64,000 nt of DNA, from IMG/VR virus record IMGVR_UViG_3300020044_008989, positions 84,421-148,420 of that record; one strand, 5' to 3'. The translations under genes were made by a program, and so were the position numbers. This stretch comes from an uncultured virus (IMG/VR IMGVR_UViG_3300020044_008989). Taxonomy: Duplodnaviria > Heunggongvirae > Uroviricota > Caudoviricetes. Positions 15,946 to 24,986 of the stretch are shown piece after piece. Positions within the stretch are counted from its first letter, which is position 1. Each line of letters starts with the position of its first letter. Under the pieces are notes generated by a model. It did not search any database and was not told where the DNA came from. It saw only the letters and a list, made by a program, of their open reading frames with translations.

Positions 15946-16722
15946 TTAATGAAGATTGTCAAGGTGTTTCCAGCTTTGTCTTAATTTTATTTTACAGGCC
16001 GTTGATTTTGTTATCCCATATTTTTGCGAAATCTCCCTTAGAGATAGTTTTGAGTTTATTATTTCGATAACTTGGTTGCTTGTTAATTTTGCCGTAAAAT
16101 TTTTCTCGCCACATAAAATAGTCCCATGCTTAAATTTATCTAATTCATTTGATATATGGGTGTCCCATCTTAAATTATTCAGGTTATTATTTAAAGAATT
16201 ACCATCGTTGTGACACGCTTCCATGCCATCTGGACATTGACCCAGATATGCCAATAAAACCAATCTATGCACATAAAATCTCTTTGGGCCATTTTTATTT
16301 CTTAACTTAACTATTTGCCTATTATCAGCAACACAAGTTGGAAGTCTTTTCCACTTTTCTCTGAGATAGCTCTTTTTTAAAGAAAAAACATCTCCCCTTG
16401 TTGAAACAAAGTACCCTCTGTACTCTGGAACATTTTCAATGAAATCCTCATCGTAAACGAGCCATTTTAGATTATTTATTTTATAATTTCTATTATCACC
16501 ATCAATAAATTCTATGCCATAGCAGTTTTTCGGTTTAAGCGAAAATGCAAGTAGGAAAACCTCCGCCAATTCAAATATAATTGATTTTGATACCCTTAAA
16601 CATTCTAAGCCATCGGCCCTAATATAAGAAAACGGTCTTTCTTTTGTTGTGGTTGAAATGATATTACCCATATCACTTACCATGAATTTACCGACATTAC
16701 TTTTGATCCAATTTTCGCTCAT
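15946..16722 (-). CDS. HNH homing endonuclease with NUMOD4-like domain
   Basis: YFVSTRGDVFS; VHRLVLLAY...EACHNDGNSLNNNLNNLRW; degenerate second HNH N-terminally; C-terminal HTH. Confidence 0.9.
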   Translation of the reverse strand: MSENWIKSNVGKFMVSDMGNIISTTTKERPFSYIRADGLECLRVSKSIIFELAEVFLLAFSLKPKNCYGIEFIDGDNRNYKINNLKWLVYDEDFIENVPEYRGYFVSTRGDVFSLKKSYLREKWKRLPTCVADNRQIVKLRNKNGPKRFYVHRLVLLAYLGQCPDGMEACHNDGNSLNNNLNNLRWDTHISNELDKFKHGTILCGEKNFTAKLTSNQVIEIINSKLSLREISQKYGITKSTACKIKLRQSWKHLDNLH

Positions 16723-17216
16723 TTTTTTAAAACTAATTCAATAAATTCCTCTGAGAAATATACATTACTCGGGATTTCTGGCTGATTATAGCAGGACCAC
16801 ATCTCAAATAGAGAATATCCATTTAGATTGCGTTCAATACCTTGTGCCACAAAGAATTTTAAATGTGGGCGACTTTTTGCGAAACTGTAGAATGCTTGGA
16901 TTGAATCCTTTATTGTTTCTAGGGGAATCGAACGTTTAGCGCCCGCCCGCGTGACCGTGGGAATAGCGTAGGATTTTCCTTCTGTTCCAACTTGAGGGCC
17001 AACAGATGCGCCTTTGACGTTCCATTTACCTTTCCAGCCGTTAGGTTTTTTATCATACTCGTATTTGCGCCAAACATTTCCGAACTCACCAAAAGAGGCG
17101 TATCCAGCGCTACCAGCGCCATGAAACCCATTTTCGCTATTCGATCCAAATACGAACACCTCATCTTCTGCTAGGGTAAGTTTGGGGGATTTGTATGTTT
17201 TAATACTTTGGCTCAT
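16719..17216 (-). CDS. Macrodomain-like phage protein
   Basis: VFVFGSN...HGAGSA...GKSYAIPT signature. Confidence 0.75.
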   Translation of the reverse strand: MSQSIKTYKSPKLTLAEDEVFVFGSNSENGFHGAGSAGYASFGEFGNVWRKYEYDKKPNGWKGKWNVKGASVGPQVGTEGKSYAIPTVTRAGAKRSIPLETIKDSIQAFYSFAKSRPHLKFFVAQGIERNLNGYSLFEMWSCYNQPEIPSNVYFSEEFIELVLKK

Positions 17217-17445
17217 TCAGTTTTAGAAGTTCGGCGGCGATTCTTTTTCTTTCGTCATATGCCCCACATTTTCGCTCATATTCACCATAATCTTGTAAGG
17301 CGACCCACCAAGCCTTTTTCCAATCGTCTAGCGATACTGTATCAGCGCCAGACCAATTACAGACCGCTCCTGCGTCTGCACCGATTTGGTCAATTAATTG
17401 AGCGTAGATTTCTTTTACTTCTAGTTCAGTGTATGTTTTAGTCAT
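17200..17445 (-). CDS. Hypothetical protein
   Basis: Starts ATGACTAAAAC. Confidence 0.7.
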   Translation of the reverse strand: MTKTYTELEVKEIYAQLIDQIGADAGAVCNWSGADTVSLDDWKKAWWVALQDYGEYERKCGAYDERKRIAAELLKLNEPKY

Positions 17446-17591
17446 TTTTTAATCGCCGCGTTTAAAATTTTCTCGAATCTTTTTACTTCTTTAAGATACT
17501 TTTCTTCGGTCCATTCTTCGTTAAAAACCTTGATTGAGGCATTAACAGCAATGTTCCAGAGTTTTTGGGACAGCGTTGGGGTTTTAGTCAT
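17442..17591 (-). CDS. Small hypothetical protein (49 aa, not in ORF track)
   Basis: MTKTPTLSQKLWNIAVNASIKVF...; ATGA overlap. Confidence 0.7.
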   Translation of the reverse strand: MTKTPTLSQKLWNIAVNASIKVFNEEWTEEKYLKEVKRFEKILNAAIKK

Positions 17592-17769
17592 TCGCTAACT
17601 CCTTCATTCGGGGTAAAATTTTGTTCAACTCTTCTCCCAAGAAGGTTCGACAACAACTAATCTTGACGGGCGAAAATTCCCGACCGCTGTTGCTTTCCTC
17701 TTTCGTGTCCATGATTTCAAAGAATCGTTTGGTGAGGAGTTTTAGTTCATAGTTATGGGTTTTAGTCAT
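17584..17769 (-). CDS. Hypothetical protein
   Basis: Start ATG 17769 (ATGACTAAAAC). Confidence 0.7.
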   Translation of the reverse strand: MTKTHNYELKLLTKRFFEIMDTKEESNSGREFSPVKISCCRTFLGEELNKILPRMKELAND

Positions 17770-17773
17770 AAGA

Positions 17774-17944
17774 TTAACAAATAAAAACCCTCCAAAATGG
17801 ACCACTATTATTTCTTGAAATATCGAACATCATCACTTCGGAAGCTAACTCATGTCTGCCGCTTTCGTTATAGCATTCAACTAGAACATCGCCTACCTGT
17901 TCTTGTTTTTCTTGGAGTTTGGTTATTAGTTCTGAGATTTTCAT
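17774..17944 (-). CDS. Small hypothetical protein (56 aa, not in ORF track)
   Basis: MKISELITKLQEKQEQVGDVLV..., a common small phage protein N-terminus. Confidence 0.7.
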   Translation of the reverse strand: MKISELITKLQEKQEQVGDVLVECYNESGRHELASEVMMFDISRNNSGPFWRVFIC

Positions 17945-18109
17945 GTTAGTCTTTCCATCCTATTTCTGTTAAGCCCCATTCGATCATTGATAGGGCCACT
18001 TTTTTATTCTTAGTTTGAGAACGTTCGCAGCCGACAATAACTTGCAAGGATGTGGTATTTGGGGAAATTTGGTATGTTGTCGATCATCGTGTAAATCAAG
18101 TTACGGTAC

Positions 18110-19003
18110 ATGGCTCAAACTTCTTTCATTTCATACAAGGATTCCCCGCTTTTTGTCTCTCCCAATGACGGAGCGCCAGAAACGGGCCTATCTCTGAGTC
18201 ATTTAATTGCGGCAAGTTCTTGTGATTTGACATTTGACGCTTCTTTAGACCCTGCTAAGTATATTGGGAAGTCGGCAATCTCTGATGATTTTCATGTTAA
18301 TGCAGCGAAGGCTACTAAGTTGGCGTTTTCGTATATTCCCCTTGTGGGCGGAGTAAAGAGCGGGATTTCCGCCGCGTCAACAGGTATTTTCAATCTTACG
18401 GGCGATTCTTCTTGCTCTATTAGATTGGGCAACTTTCTTTTTCAACAGTGTTACTTGGATTCTCTGACCATTAGCATTAATCCAAACCAACCAATCAGAG
18501 CCAATGCAAACTTCTCGTGCTACAATGAAAGCGGTGTTGAAGGTTTATCTTATTCTGGGCTTGGCGGCAGCTTTGGTTTTACTACTGATACATCTAGTGG
18601 CACGGCTTTTTCCGCTCTCCATGCTTTGGCCTCCTCTGTGAGCGGGCAGTCAGTTTCTTTGCCAGAGAGTAAGACGGAGATTTCTATTCAGACGACATGT
18701 TCGAGAACTCCTGTTTATGAAGTGGGGTCAACCTACCCAAGAACTGTTCTGCTGAATAGCGTAACGAGACAAACTTCGGTGAATGGAGAAAATGTGGGCG
18801 AAGTTATTTCGTATTCGGGGGGCAGCGCCGTTTTGAATTTAAAGTTGGCCGAGTTTGGTAAATTGATGGACCCGACATTTAATGCGGCGGTTGATTATCG
18901 TCTTCAAATGTCAATTACTGGCAGAGTAACGTCCCAGAATTTATCGGCACAAGTGGGTAGGACGGTTGATTCGGTAGTGCAAATTTCAGAAAACATCTTT
19001 TAG
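18110..19003 (+). CDS. Virion structural protein, tail-tube-like paralog
   Basis: Beta-rich; SRTPVYEVGSTYP resembles SRSPIQQIGSRFP of 37008..38162; GTGTAA promoter. Confidence 0.6.
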   Translation: MAQTSFISYKDSPLFVSPNDGAPETGLSLSHLIAASSCDLTFDASLDPAKYIGKSAISDDFHVNAAKATKLAFSYIPLVGGVKSGISAASTGIFNLTGDSSCSIRLGNFLFQQCYLDSLTISINPNQPIRANANFSCYNESGVEGLSYSGLGGSFGFTTDTSSGTAFSALHALASSVSGQSVSLPESKTEISIQTTCSRTPVYEVGSTYPRTVLLNSVTRQTSVNGENVGEVISYSGGSAVLNLKLAEFGKLMDPTFNAAVDYRLQMSITGRVTSQNLSAQVGRTVDSVVQISENIF

Positions 19004-19028
19004 ATTTTCAGGTTATTATATAACACAC

Positions 19029-19784
19029 ATGGCTAAATCCCCTCCGTCCAAAAAGAAGGCTGCTGATAAATCCCCCAAGGTATTTCAACGAGATAAAATC
19101 TCCTACGACCTACATATCAGGGAACGAGACGATTTAACAAGCAAACAAGTTGATATTCTAAAAGCCGCTCTCGATAAGGATACAAGGGCCGTTGCTGTGG
19201 ACGGTTTATTTGGAAGCGGTAAGACTTATATCGCGGTTCTTGCTGCTCTTAAACTTCTTCAACAAAAGAAAGTCGATCAAATCATTTATGTCCGCAACCC
19301 AATCGAAAGCACCAAGAGTGGTAAGGTGGGGTTTTTAAAGGGAGAACTTTCTGAGAAACTCGCGCCATATACTTGTATTGTTTACGACAAATTGGAAGAA
19401 CTTCTTCCTCCGTCAGAAATCGAATTACTGAAAGAAGAAAACAGAGTGGATTCAACAAGCGTCGGGTTTGTTCAAGGCAAAAATTGGGCGTGCAAAGCCG
19501 TTATCGTAGATGAAAGTAGCAACCTCGCGTGGGAGGACTGTATTATGCTGCTTACGCGATGCGGTGAATTCACGAGAATCTTCTTCGTTGGCGACTCGGT
19601 AAATCAAAATTACTTAGCCAAAGATCAGTCTGGCTTCCGCAAAATGTTCGATAAGTTCAATGATCAAGAGTCTCGCGATAACGGGTTCCACTGTTTCGAA
19701 CTAAAGGAAGCGGCGGATATTGTTCGAAGTGGATTTGTTAGATTTGTGCTTGAAAAACTGGAGATTATTAAGAAACCTCTATAA
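19029..19784 (+). CDS. phoH: PhoH family ATPase
   Basis: GLFGSGKT Walker A, VGFLKG..EKLAPY, VIVDES, LLTRCGE, FVGD..Q, DIVRSGFV. Confidence 0.95.
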   Translation: MAKSPPSKKKAADKSPKVFQRDKISYDLHIRERDDLTSKQVDILKAALDKDTRAVAVDGLFGSGKTYIAVLAALKLLQQKKVDQIIYVRNPIESTKSGKVGFLKGELSEKLAPYTCIVYDKLEELLPPSEIELLKEENRVDSTSVGFVQGKNWACKAVIVDESSNLAWEDCIMLLTRCGEFTRIFFVGDSVNQNYLAKDQSGFRKMFDKFNDQESRDNGFHCFELKEAADIVRSGFVRFVLEKLEIIKKPL

Positions 19785-19845
19785 TTTCTTAGGAATTTTC
19801 CCTAATTAGTTACTTTTCACCACTCTCTGGTTGTAACATAAGAAT

Positions 19846-20514
19846 ATGGATCAACAGGTTGTGGCGGAATATTTTTTTCAGATACTCTCTGGAGCGGGGA
19901 CGGTATTTCTTTTGCTTTTTAAATATCGAGAGACGATAGACTTTGCTTTTAGGGTGGCGAAACTTTTATGGAAGCCGTTTCATTGGATGGCGATGTTGAT
20001 TAAGATGCCCTTTCGTTTAAACGAAGAAGCTATTGCGGCTAGGCATAGAATGGACCAAGTAGAGAAAACCTTGAACGAGTTAAGCAAGTTCGTTAAGAAA
20101 GAATTAACTTATAACGGCGGCTCTTCCACTCTTGACGCTATTCGCAGAATAGAAAATAGAATAATTGAACAAGAATATGCGCAAAATACTTTACTCTTAG
20201 ATTCTGAAAGTGGATTTTTTAGAAGCGATTTGTCGGGGCGAAATAAATGGGTCAATAGAACCTTCGCTCGCTATTTGGGTTGCGGGACAAGTGAGATTCT
20301 TGGATTTGGTTGGAAGCGTTTTATCAAAACAGAAGAATTGCGCCGCTATAATGATGTTTGGCAGAATGCATTCAAGGACGGCTGTGAGTTCGAAGATGTG
20401 ATCGAATTTACTGATGTAAATCATCATGCTGTAAGATTAAAGGTTTCGGCTTGTCCCATTATTGACGACAAGGGGCAAATTCTCTCTTATGTTGGGACGG
20501 TGGTGGCTCTGTAG
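19846..20514 (+). CDS. Membrane protein with C-terminal PAS domain (holin-like N-terminus)
   Basis: N-terminal hydrophobic helix, coiled coil, NGGSSxxDAIxRIE motif, then D..GR..WVNR..LG....ILG.GW..FI...PI.D..G.I..YVG PAS pattern. Confidence 0.75.
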   Translation: MDQQVVAEYFFQILSGAGTVFLLLFKYRETIDFAFRVAKLLWKPFHWMAMLIKMPFRLNEEAIAARHRMDQVEKTLNELSKFVKKELTYNGGSSTLDAIRRIENRIIEQEYAQNTLLLDSESGFFRSDLSGRNKWVNRTFARYLGCGTSEILGFGWKRFIKTEELRRYNDVWQNAFKDGCEFEDVIEFTDVNHHAVRLKVSACPIIDDKGQILSYVGTVVAL

Positions 20515-20598
20515 GTGTAAAGCGCGGCAAAGATTCGCTTATTTTATAGAAAAGGTAGAAAGTCTTTGGCTTTTCGTGTAATATGATGTAGAAGAACG

Positions 20599-20802
20599 AT
20601 GAAACTTTCAGAATACGCTAAAAAACAAGGATGTACAAAACGGACTGCGTGGGCGCATTTCAAGAAAGGCTTGATCGAAGGAGCTTATCAGACGCCGAGT
20701 GGAAGGATAGTGGTCCCCGATTCGCCCGAAGTTAAGAATAAAAACGCCGTCGTCATACTTTTTTCTGGTAATATTGACGAACTGATCGCAAAATTACAAT
20801 GA
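20599..20802 (+). CDS. tnpA: IS607 TnpA N-terminal HTH; serine recombinase domain absent
   Basis: MKLSEYAKKQG...TAW.HFKKG.I..AYQTPSGRIVV; only 67 aa. Confidence 0.85.
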   Translation: MKLSEYAKKQGCTKRTAWAHFKKGLIEGAYQTPSGRIVVPDSPEVKNKNAVVILFSGNIDELIAKLQ

Positions 20803-21968
20803 TTCGCTCTGCGCCAACGTCTCTTAAATTTGCGAATACTGGCAAACGCCAGCAGGTCGCGAAGTTTTTGATTGAATATCGGCGTGTGCTAAAATTTTTC
20901 GTTGGCAAATTTTGGAACGAGGAAAAATTGCAAAAATTTGGAGACTCAAAATGCGAAAGCTGGCTTTCTGCTCGCGCCAAACAATGTGCGGCAAAACAAG
21001 CAGTTGGAATCGTTCGCTCTGTTAAGAAAAAGCATTCGTCTCGCGCTTTTGTGATCAAGCGAATGAGGGGCGAAGGCGACCATCTTAATGCGGATCGGTT
21101 GCAGGCGATTCAAGATGCTAGCGTTTTAACAATGCCAGAAATTACTAATGCCAATGCTGAACTTGACTCTCGCTTTTGTAAAATTAACGTAGAAACATCT
21201 GGGCATTTTGATATTTGGCTAAACCTTTCGTCTCTTGGTGAAAAGGCCAAAATTAACCTTCCTCTTCGTAAGACAAAGACGTTCAACAAGTGGTCTAGCA
21301 CTGGCGAAATTCGCTCAAGCATTCGCCTAAACGAAGGAGAAGTGACGTTTTTCTTTGAATATGAGACAGAAAAACGCTCTGGTTCAACGCTTGGCGTTGA
21401 CATCGGCCTTAAGAAAACGTTTTCAACATCATCTGGTGCTCAAACTCAAATTGATGCCCATGGGCATTCTTTGCAAACAATTTGCGAGAAGTTGACGCGC
21501 AAAAAGAAAGGTTCGAAAGCTTTTCGACGGGCACAGGAGCATCGTAAAAATTATATTCGCTGGTCCGTGAACCAGTTAAACCTCTCTGGTGTGAGCGAAG
21601 TTCGCCTAGAGGATATTAAAAATTTACGCAAGGGTAAGGCGACCTCCGCTTTACTTTCGCGTTGGAACTACGCAGACATCTTTGGGGCGCTATCCCTGAA
21701 ATGCGAGGAGCTTGGCGTCCAAGTAACTCGTGTTCAGAACGCCTATACAAGCCGAAGATGCAATGCGTGCGGTTGGACAGAGAAACGCAATAGAAAAGGC
21801 GAAACGTTTAAATGTCGAGAATGCGGGCATTCCGCAAACGCAGACATAAACGCCGCTAAGAACATTGCGCTAAACCTTTCTATTGAAAGGTGTCCAAACC
21901 TTGATCAGTTTTACTGGTCAAAACAGGAGTTTATAGTCCCTGTCGCAAGAAAAGCTGACGTAGAATAA
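20799..21968 (+). CDS. tnpB: TnpB / Cas12f-like RNA-guided endonuclease
   Basis: RuvC GVDIG (D), VRLEDI (E), NADINAAKNI (D); zinc finger CxxC...CxxC. Confidence 0.93.
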   Translation: MIRSAPTSLKFANTGKRQQVAKFLIEYRRVLKFFVGKFWNEEKLQKFGDSKCESWLSARAKQCAAKQAVGIVRSVKKKHSSRAFVIKRMRGEGDHLNADRLQAIQDASVLTMPEITNANAELDSRFCKINVETSGHFDIWLNLSSLGEKAKINLPLRKTKTFNKWSSTGEIRSSIRLNEGEVTFFFEYETEKRSGSTLGVDIGLKKTFSTSSGAQTQIDAHGHSLQTICEKLTRKKKGSKAFRRAQEHRKNYIRWSVNQLNLSGVSEVRLEDIKNLRKGKATSALLSRWNYADIFGALSLKCEELGVQVTRVQNAYTSRRCNACGWTEKRNRKGETFKCRECGHSANADINAAKNIALNLSIERCPNLDQFYWSKQEFIVPVARKADVE

Positions 21969-22028
21969 ATCTCTACACTTCTAGCAACTGTAATTAGGCG
22001 TTTTACAATTAATGCCTATTATATTTAT

Positions 22029-22325
22029 ATGACACAAAAATTTTGTTTCGAGTGCGGCGTAAAAGCCCCGTCTATTGCCGCTAAGTTTTGCACCTCCTGT
22101 GGTACATCGTTAGATGTTTTGGGCGCTAAAAAATCTTCGCCCGCAAAGAAAATTGTTGCCCGAGACATTGATGATGACGACGAAGATGGGTCAGATACTT
22201 TCGAGATTCCCAGCTTATCAGCCTTGAAGGTAAAAATTGAAGGCGATGATGAGGTTGGATTTAACTCCTTTACTTTTGGGGCAGATGGTTTTCAGCCAGC
22301 AAAGTTCACTTCTACTCGCCGATAA
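22029..22325 (+). CDS. Zinc-ribbon protein with acidic tail
   Basis: FCFECG...KFCTSCG. Confidence 0.8.
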   Translation: MTQKFCFECGVKAPSIAAKFCTSCGTSLDVLGAKKSSPAKKIVARDIDDDDEDGSDTFEIPSLSALKVKIEGDDEVGFNSFTFGADGFQPAKFTSTRR

Positions 22326-23005
22326 TGCCTTCCACCTTCGAAGAAAATTACCAAGAAATTCTGGATGTGGTGAAAAAATACCACACAAAATGGCGACTAG
22401 ATATTCTCCATTGGATGGATTACGACGATGTTTCTTCTGAAGTGATAGCTCATATCTGGAAAAAGTGGCATCTCTACGATCAGTCTCGCCCTCTAGGCGG
22501 ATGGGTTGCCCAGGTTTGCCACAACCAAATCAGAAACAAACTCCGCAACCATTATACTAATTATGCTCGCCCGTGCATTAAGTGTCCCAGTAATTTAGAG
22601 GGCAACCACTGCGCCATTACCAGTAACCACGAACAATGTTCTGAGTGTCCATTATACGCACGCTGGATGGAGAGTAAGAAAAATGGCTACGACATTAAAA
22701 TGCCCCTAGAGTTGGAAAACCATGTGGCCGAAGTAAATAACATGCCCTCAGACGAGGTAGATTATGACTTCGCTATTGAGAAGTTGACCGTTGAGCTAAA
22801 CAAATACTTAGACGCTAAAACTTTGCGCGCATATTTTATGCTTAATTTCGAGCATAAGGACGAAAAAGAAGTGGCCGCTTACCTCGGTTTTAAACCGCGC
22901 CTACAAAACAGTGTGGCAAAACAAATGTTAGAGTTCAAAAATAATTTATTGATTAAAGTCAGAACCGTGATTCGCGAGTCTGATATTCCTGAGATGTGGA
23001 GATAA
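22325..23005 (+). CDS. Phage RNA polymerase sigma factor (sigma70/ECF-like) with Cys-rich insertion
   Basis: DDVSSEV..HIWKKW..YD..RPL.GW....NQIRN.LR (region 2); C-terminal HTH EKEVAAYLG; CxxC...C...CxxC insert. Confidence 0.75.
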   Translation: MPSTFEENYQEILDVVKKYHTKWRLDILHWMDYDDVSSEVIAHIWKKWHLYDQSRPLGGWVAQVCHNQIRNKLRNHYTNYARPCIKCPSNLEGNHCAITSNHEQCSECPLYARWMESKKNGYDIKMPLELENHVAEVNNMPSDEVDYDFAIEKLTVELNKYLDAKTLRAYFMLNFEHKDEKEVAAYLGFKPRLQNSVAKQMLEFKNNLLIKVRTVIRESDIPEMWR

Positions 23006-23006
23006 C

Positions 23007-24062
23007 ATGAAACAACTTTCTACCGCTCAAAAAACCCTGATCCTCTCTTTGTTCAAGGATCACCCGAACATTGAGTATTTAACGCAGACTGTTTTCGAAG
23101 ACAAAAAATTAGATGGCCGCTCATGGCAAGGAAAATTAGTTGCCGCGTTCCTCGTTGAACAAAAATTAAATTATAAAACCACAAAGTTCCAAAAACGAGA
23201 ACCAGTGCGCGAATTAACCGATGACGACAAGCAGTATATTATTTCTGCAATTCAGAACGGCGAAACAATTGTTAATGTGGCGCGGATTATTTTCAAAGAT
23301 GACTCCGTTAAGCGTTTGTCGGCGGAATGGCGGCGCGTTCAGACTTATTGCGAGGTTGCTGGGTTAAGTTCGTTAAATGATGAGGACGAGGTTGCATTAG
23401 GCGTCTATCAAGCTCCCAGAGACTTAATCAAGCTAGTCAACGTTGTTAACGGCGCACTTGGAACAAAAATTGAGGCTGAAAAAGTTTCTGGAAAGTATAA
23501 GGCGTATTTCGACAAGCTAAAAATCAACCTCGACAACTCCAAACTCAAGCGCATCCTCAATGCTTACGAGAGTAAGAAAGACAGGGAGTTGTTTGTAGAT
23601 GAGTTCGTTCGTCTTACGTTTGAAAAACCCGACTTGACGCCAGACGAGTTGAACCTTTACATGCAGATTGTGCGCGACGGGATTTCACTGGAGGTCTTGG
23701 AGAGCAAAATCAATAAAATGAACCAAATGTTCATGGACATTGAAGAAGCGAGCGAATTAAATCAGAGGTTTTCTGAGAACTTAAAAGCTTGTGTTGATGA
23801 GAAGAATCAGGTGACTAAACGCATCGCCGATACCACGAAGAAGTTACAGGGTGATCGTGGGGAGAGGTTGAAGAATCAAGGTAGGGATGAGGTTTCATTC
23901 TTAAATATCGTTCAACTCGCGCAAGAAGAACTTGAGAGAAAGAACATGCTTAGACTTGCAGAACTCCAGAGAGCGGCGATTTCCGAAGAAGCTGATAGGT
24001 TAGAGAATCTTGATGATTTTGTTTGTAGAATTATGGGCGTGTCAAAAGAGGAGGTAATTTAA
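23007..24062 (+). CDS. Coiled-coil phage protein upstream of TerL (possible small terminase)
   Basis: Position; HTH-like N-terminus; helical C-terminus. Confidence 0.45.
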   Translation: MKQLSTAQKTLILSLFKDHPNIEYLTQTVFEDKKLDGRSWQGKLVAAFLVEQKLNYKTTKFQKREPVRELTDDDKQYIISAIQNGETIVNVARIIFKDDSVKRLSAEWRRVQTYCEVAGLSSLNDEDEVALGVYQAPRDLIKLVNVVNGALGTKIEAEKVSGKYKAYFDKLKINLDNSKLKRILNAYESKKDRELFVDEFVRLTFEKPDLTPDELNLYMQIVRDGISLEVLESKINKMNQMFMDIEEASELNQRFSENLKACVDEKNQVTKRIADTTKKLQGDRGERLKNQGRDEVSFLNIVQLAQEELERKNMLRLAELQRAAISEEADRLENLDDFVCRIMGVSKEEVI

Positions 24063-24985
24063 TGCTTGTTTGTAAAGAATGCGGAGAAAGTTTCTCTTCC
24101 GAACGAAGTTTGCACGCTCATTTCAAAGCCCATAAGTTAAGTGTTCCAGAGTATTACTGCAAATACTTTCCAAGAAAGGATTTGCTCACTGGTGCTCCGT
24201 TAGAGTTTAAGCAGAAGGATGAATATTTTTCAACTTATTTTTCGGCGCGGGAAAATTTAATTAAGTGGTTGGACAAAACACCTGTAGAGAAGAAAGCCTC
24301 TGTCATTCTTGATATGCTGGAAAAGAGAGTTAAAACAAAATCACTCTCTTTGGCCCCAAATGAGGTAGAATTGTATTTTGCGGGGTTGCCGCCTATTTCT
24401 GAGTATAAAAAATGTTTTGGCTCTTACTCTTCTGCTGCTAAATCTTGTGGAGTAGAGCCGATGTTTACGGGTAAGCTTCCTGACGAATGGAGCAATGATT
24501 TTTCGCGCAAAAAGATATATTGGGATTCTAGAGAGCAAAACCCACTGCGATTCGCGAATAGCGAATGTTTAAAACTTGACACGGGAGATTATTCCGTTGG
24601 CGGCGAAGATTTCTGCAATACTTTTGTTGATAGGAAATCCTTGGATGATTGGGCGGCGACCTTGGTTGGCGATAACTTCGAAAGATTTCGCCGAGAGATT
24701 GAGAGATGTAAGAAACAGGAGTGCTTCTTATGGGTGGTCATAGAGGCTCCCCTGGATGGGATAGAAAACGCCGCTGGACGCTCTTATCACAAGCATAATC
24801 TTTCCTATGTTTCTCATCAAATGAGAATTTTACAACACTCTTGTCCTACGAATCTACAATTTGTCTTCTCGGGTGGGCGCGAACAGAGTCAATTGATTAT
24901 CCCCAAACTACTATGCTTGGGCAAGCAATGCTGGAATGTCGATATAAATTTCTGGCTCAAACAACAAACCAACACAAATTTTTAA
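24062..24985 (+). CDS. C2H2 zinc finger + ERCC4/XPF-family nuclease
   Basis: CKECGESF...LHAHFKAH; DSREQ.P, LDTGDYS, VDRKS..D, LWVVIE. Confidence 0.85.
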   Translation: MLVCKECGESFSSERSLHAHFKAHKLSVPEYYCKYFPRKDLLTGAPLEFKQKDEYFSTYFSARENLIKWLDKTPVEKKASVILDMLEKRVKTKSLSLAPNEVELYFAGLPPISEYKKCFGSYSSAAKSCGVEPMFTGKLPDEWSNDFSRKKIYWDSREQNPLRFANSECLKLDTGDYSVGGEDFCNTFVDRKSLDDWAATLVGDNFERFRREIERCKKQECFLWVVIEAPLDGIENAAGRSYHKHNLSYVSHQMRILQHSCPTNLQFVFSGGREQSQLIIPKLLCLGKQCWNVDINFWLKQQTNTNF

Positions 24986-24986
24986 A

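Larger units (their letters stand above)
20512..21990 (+). mobile_element. Non-autonomous IS607-family element (truncated tnpA + tnpB)
   Basis: HTH + TnpB genes; CTGTA at both junctions (20509-13, 21988-92); TAGAA-type subterminal repeats. Confidence 0.8.

Noticed and set aside
20599-23005. RNA-guided transcription system of the dCas12f-sigmaE type (HTH + Cas12f-like + sigma adjacent)
   Set aside because: TnpB retains all three RuvC catalytic residues and has IS607-like ends with a clean insertion junction; the sigma fits a core phage late-transcription role, so adjacency is probably incidental.
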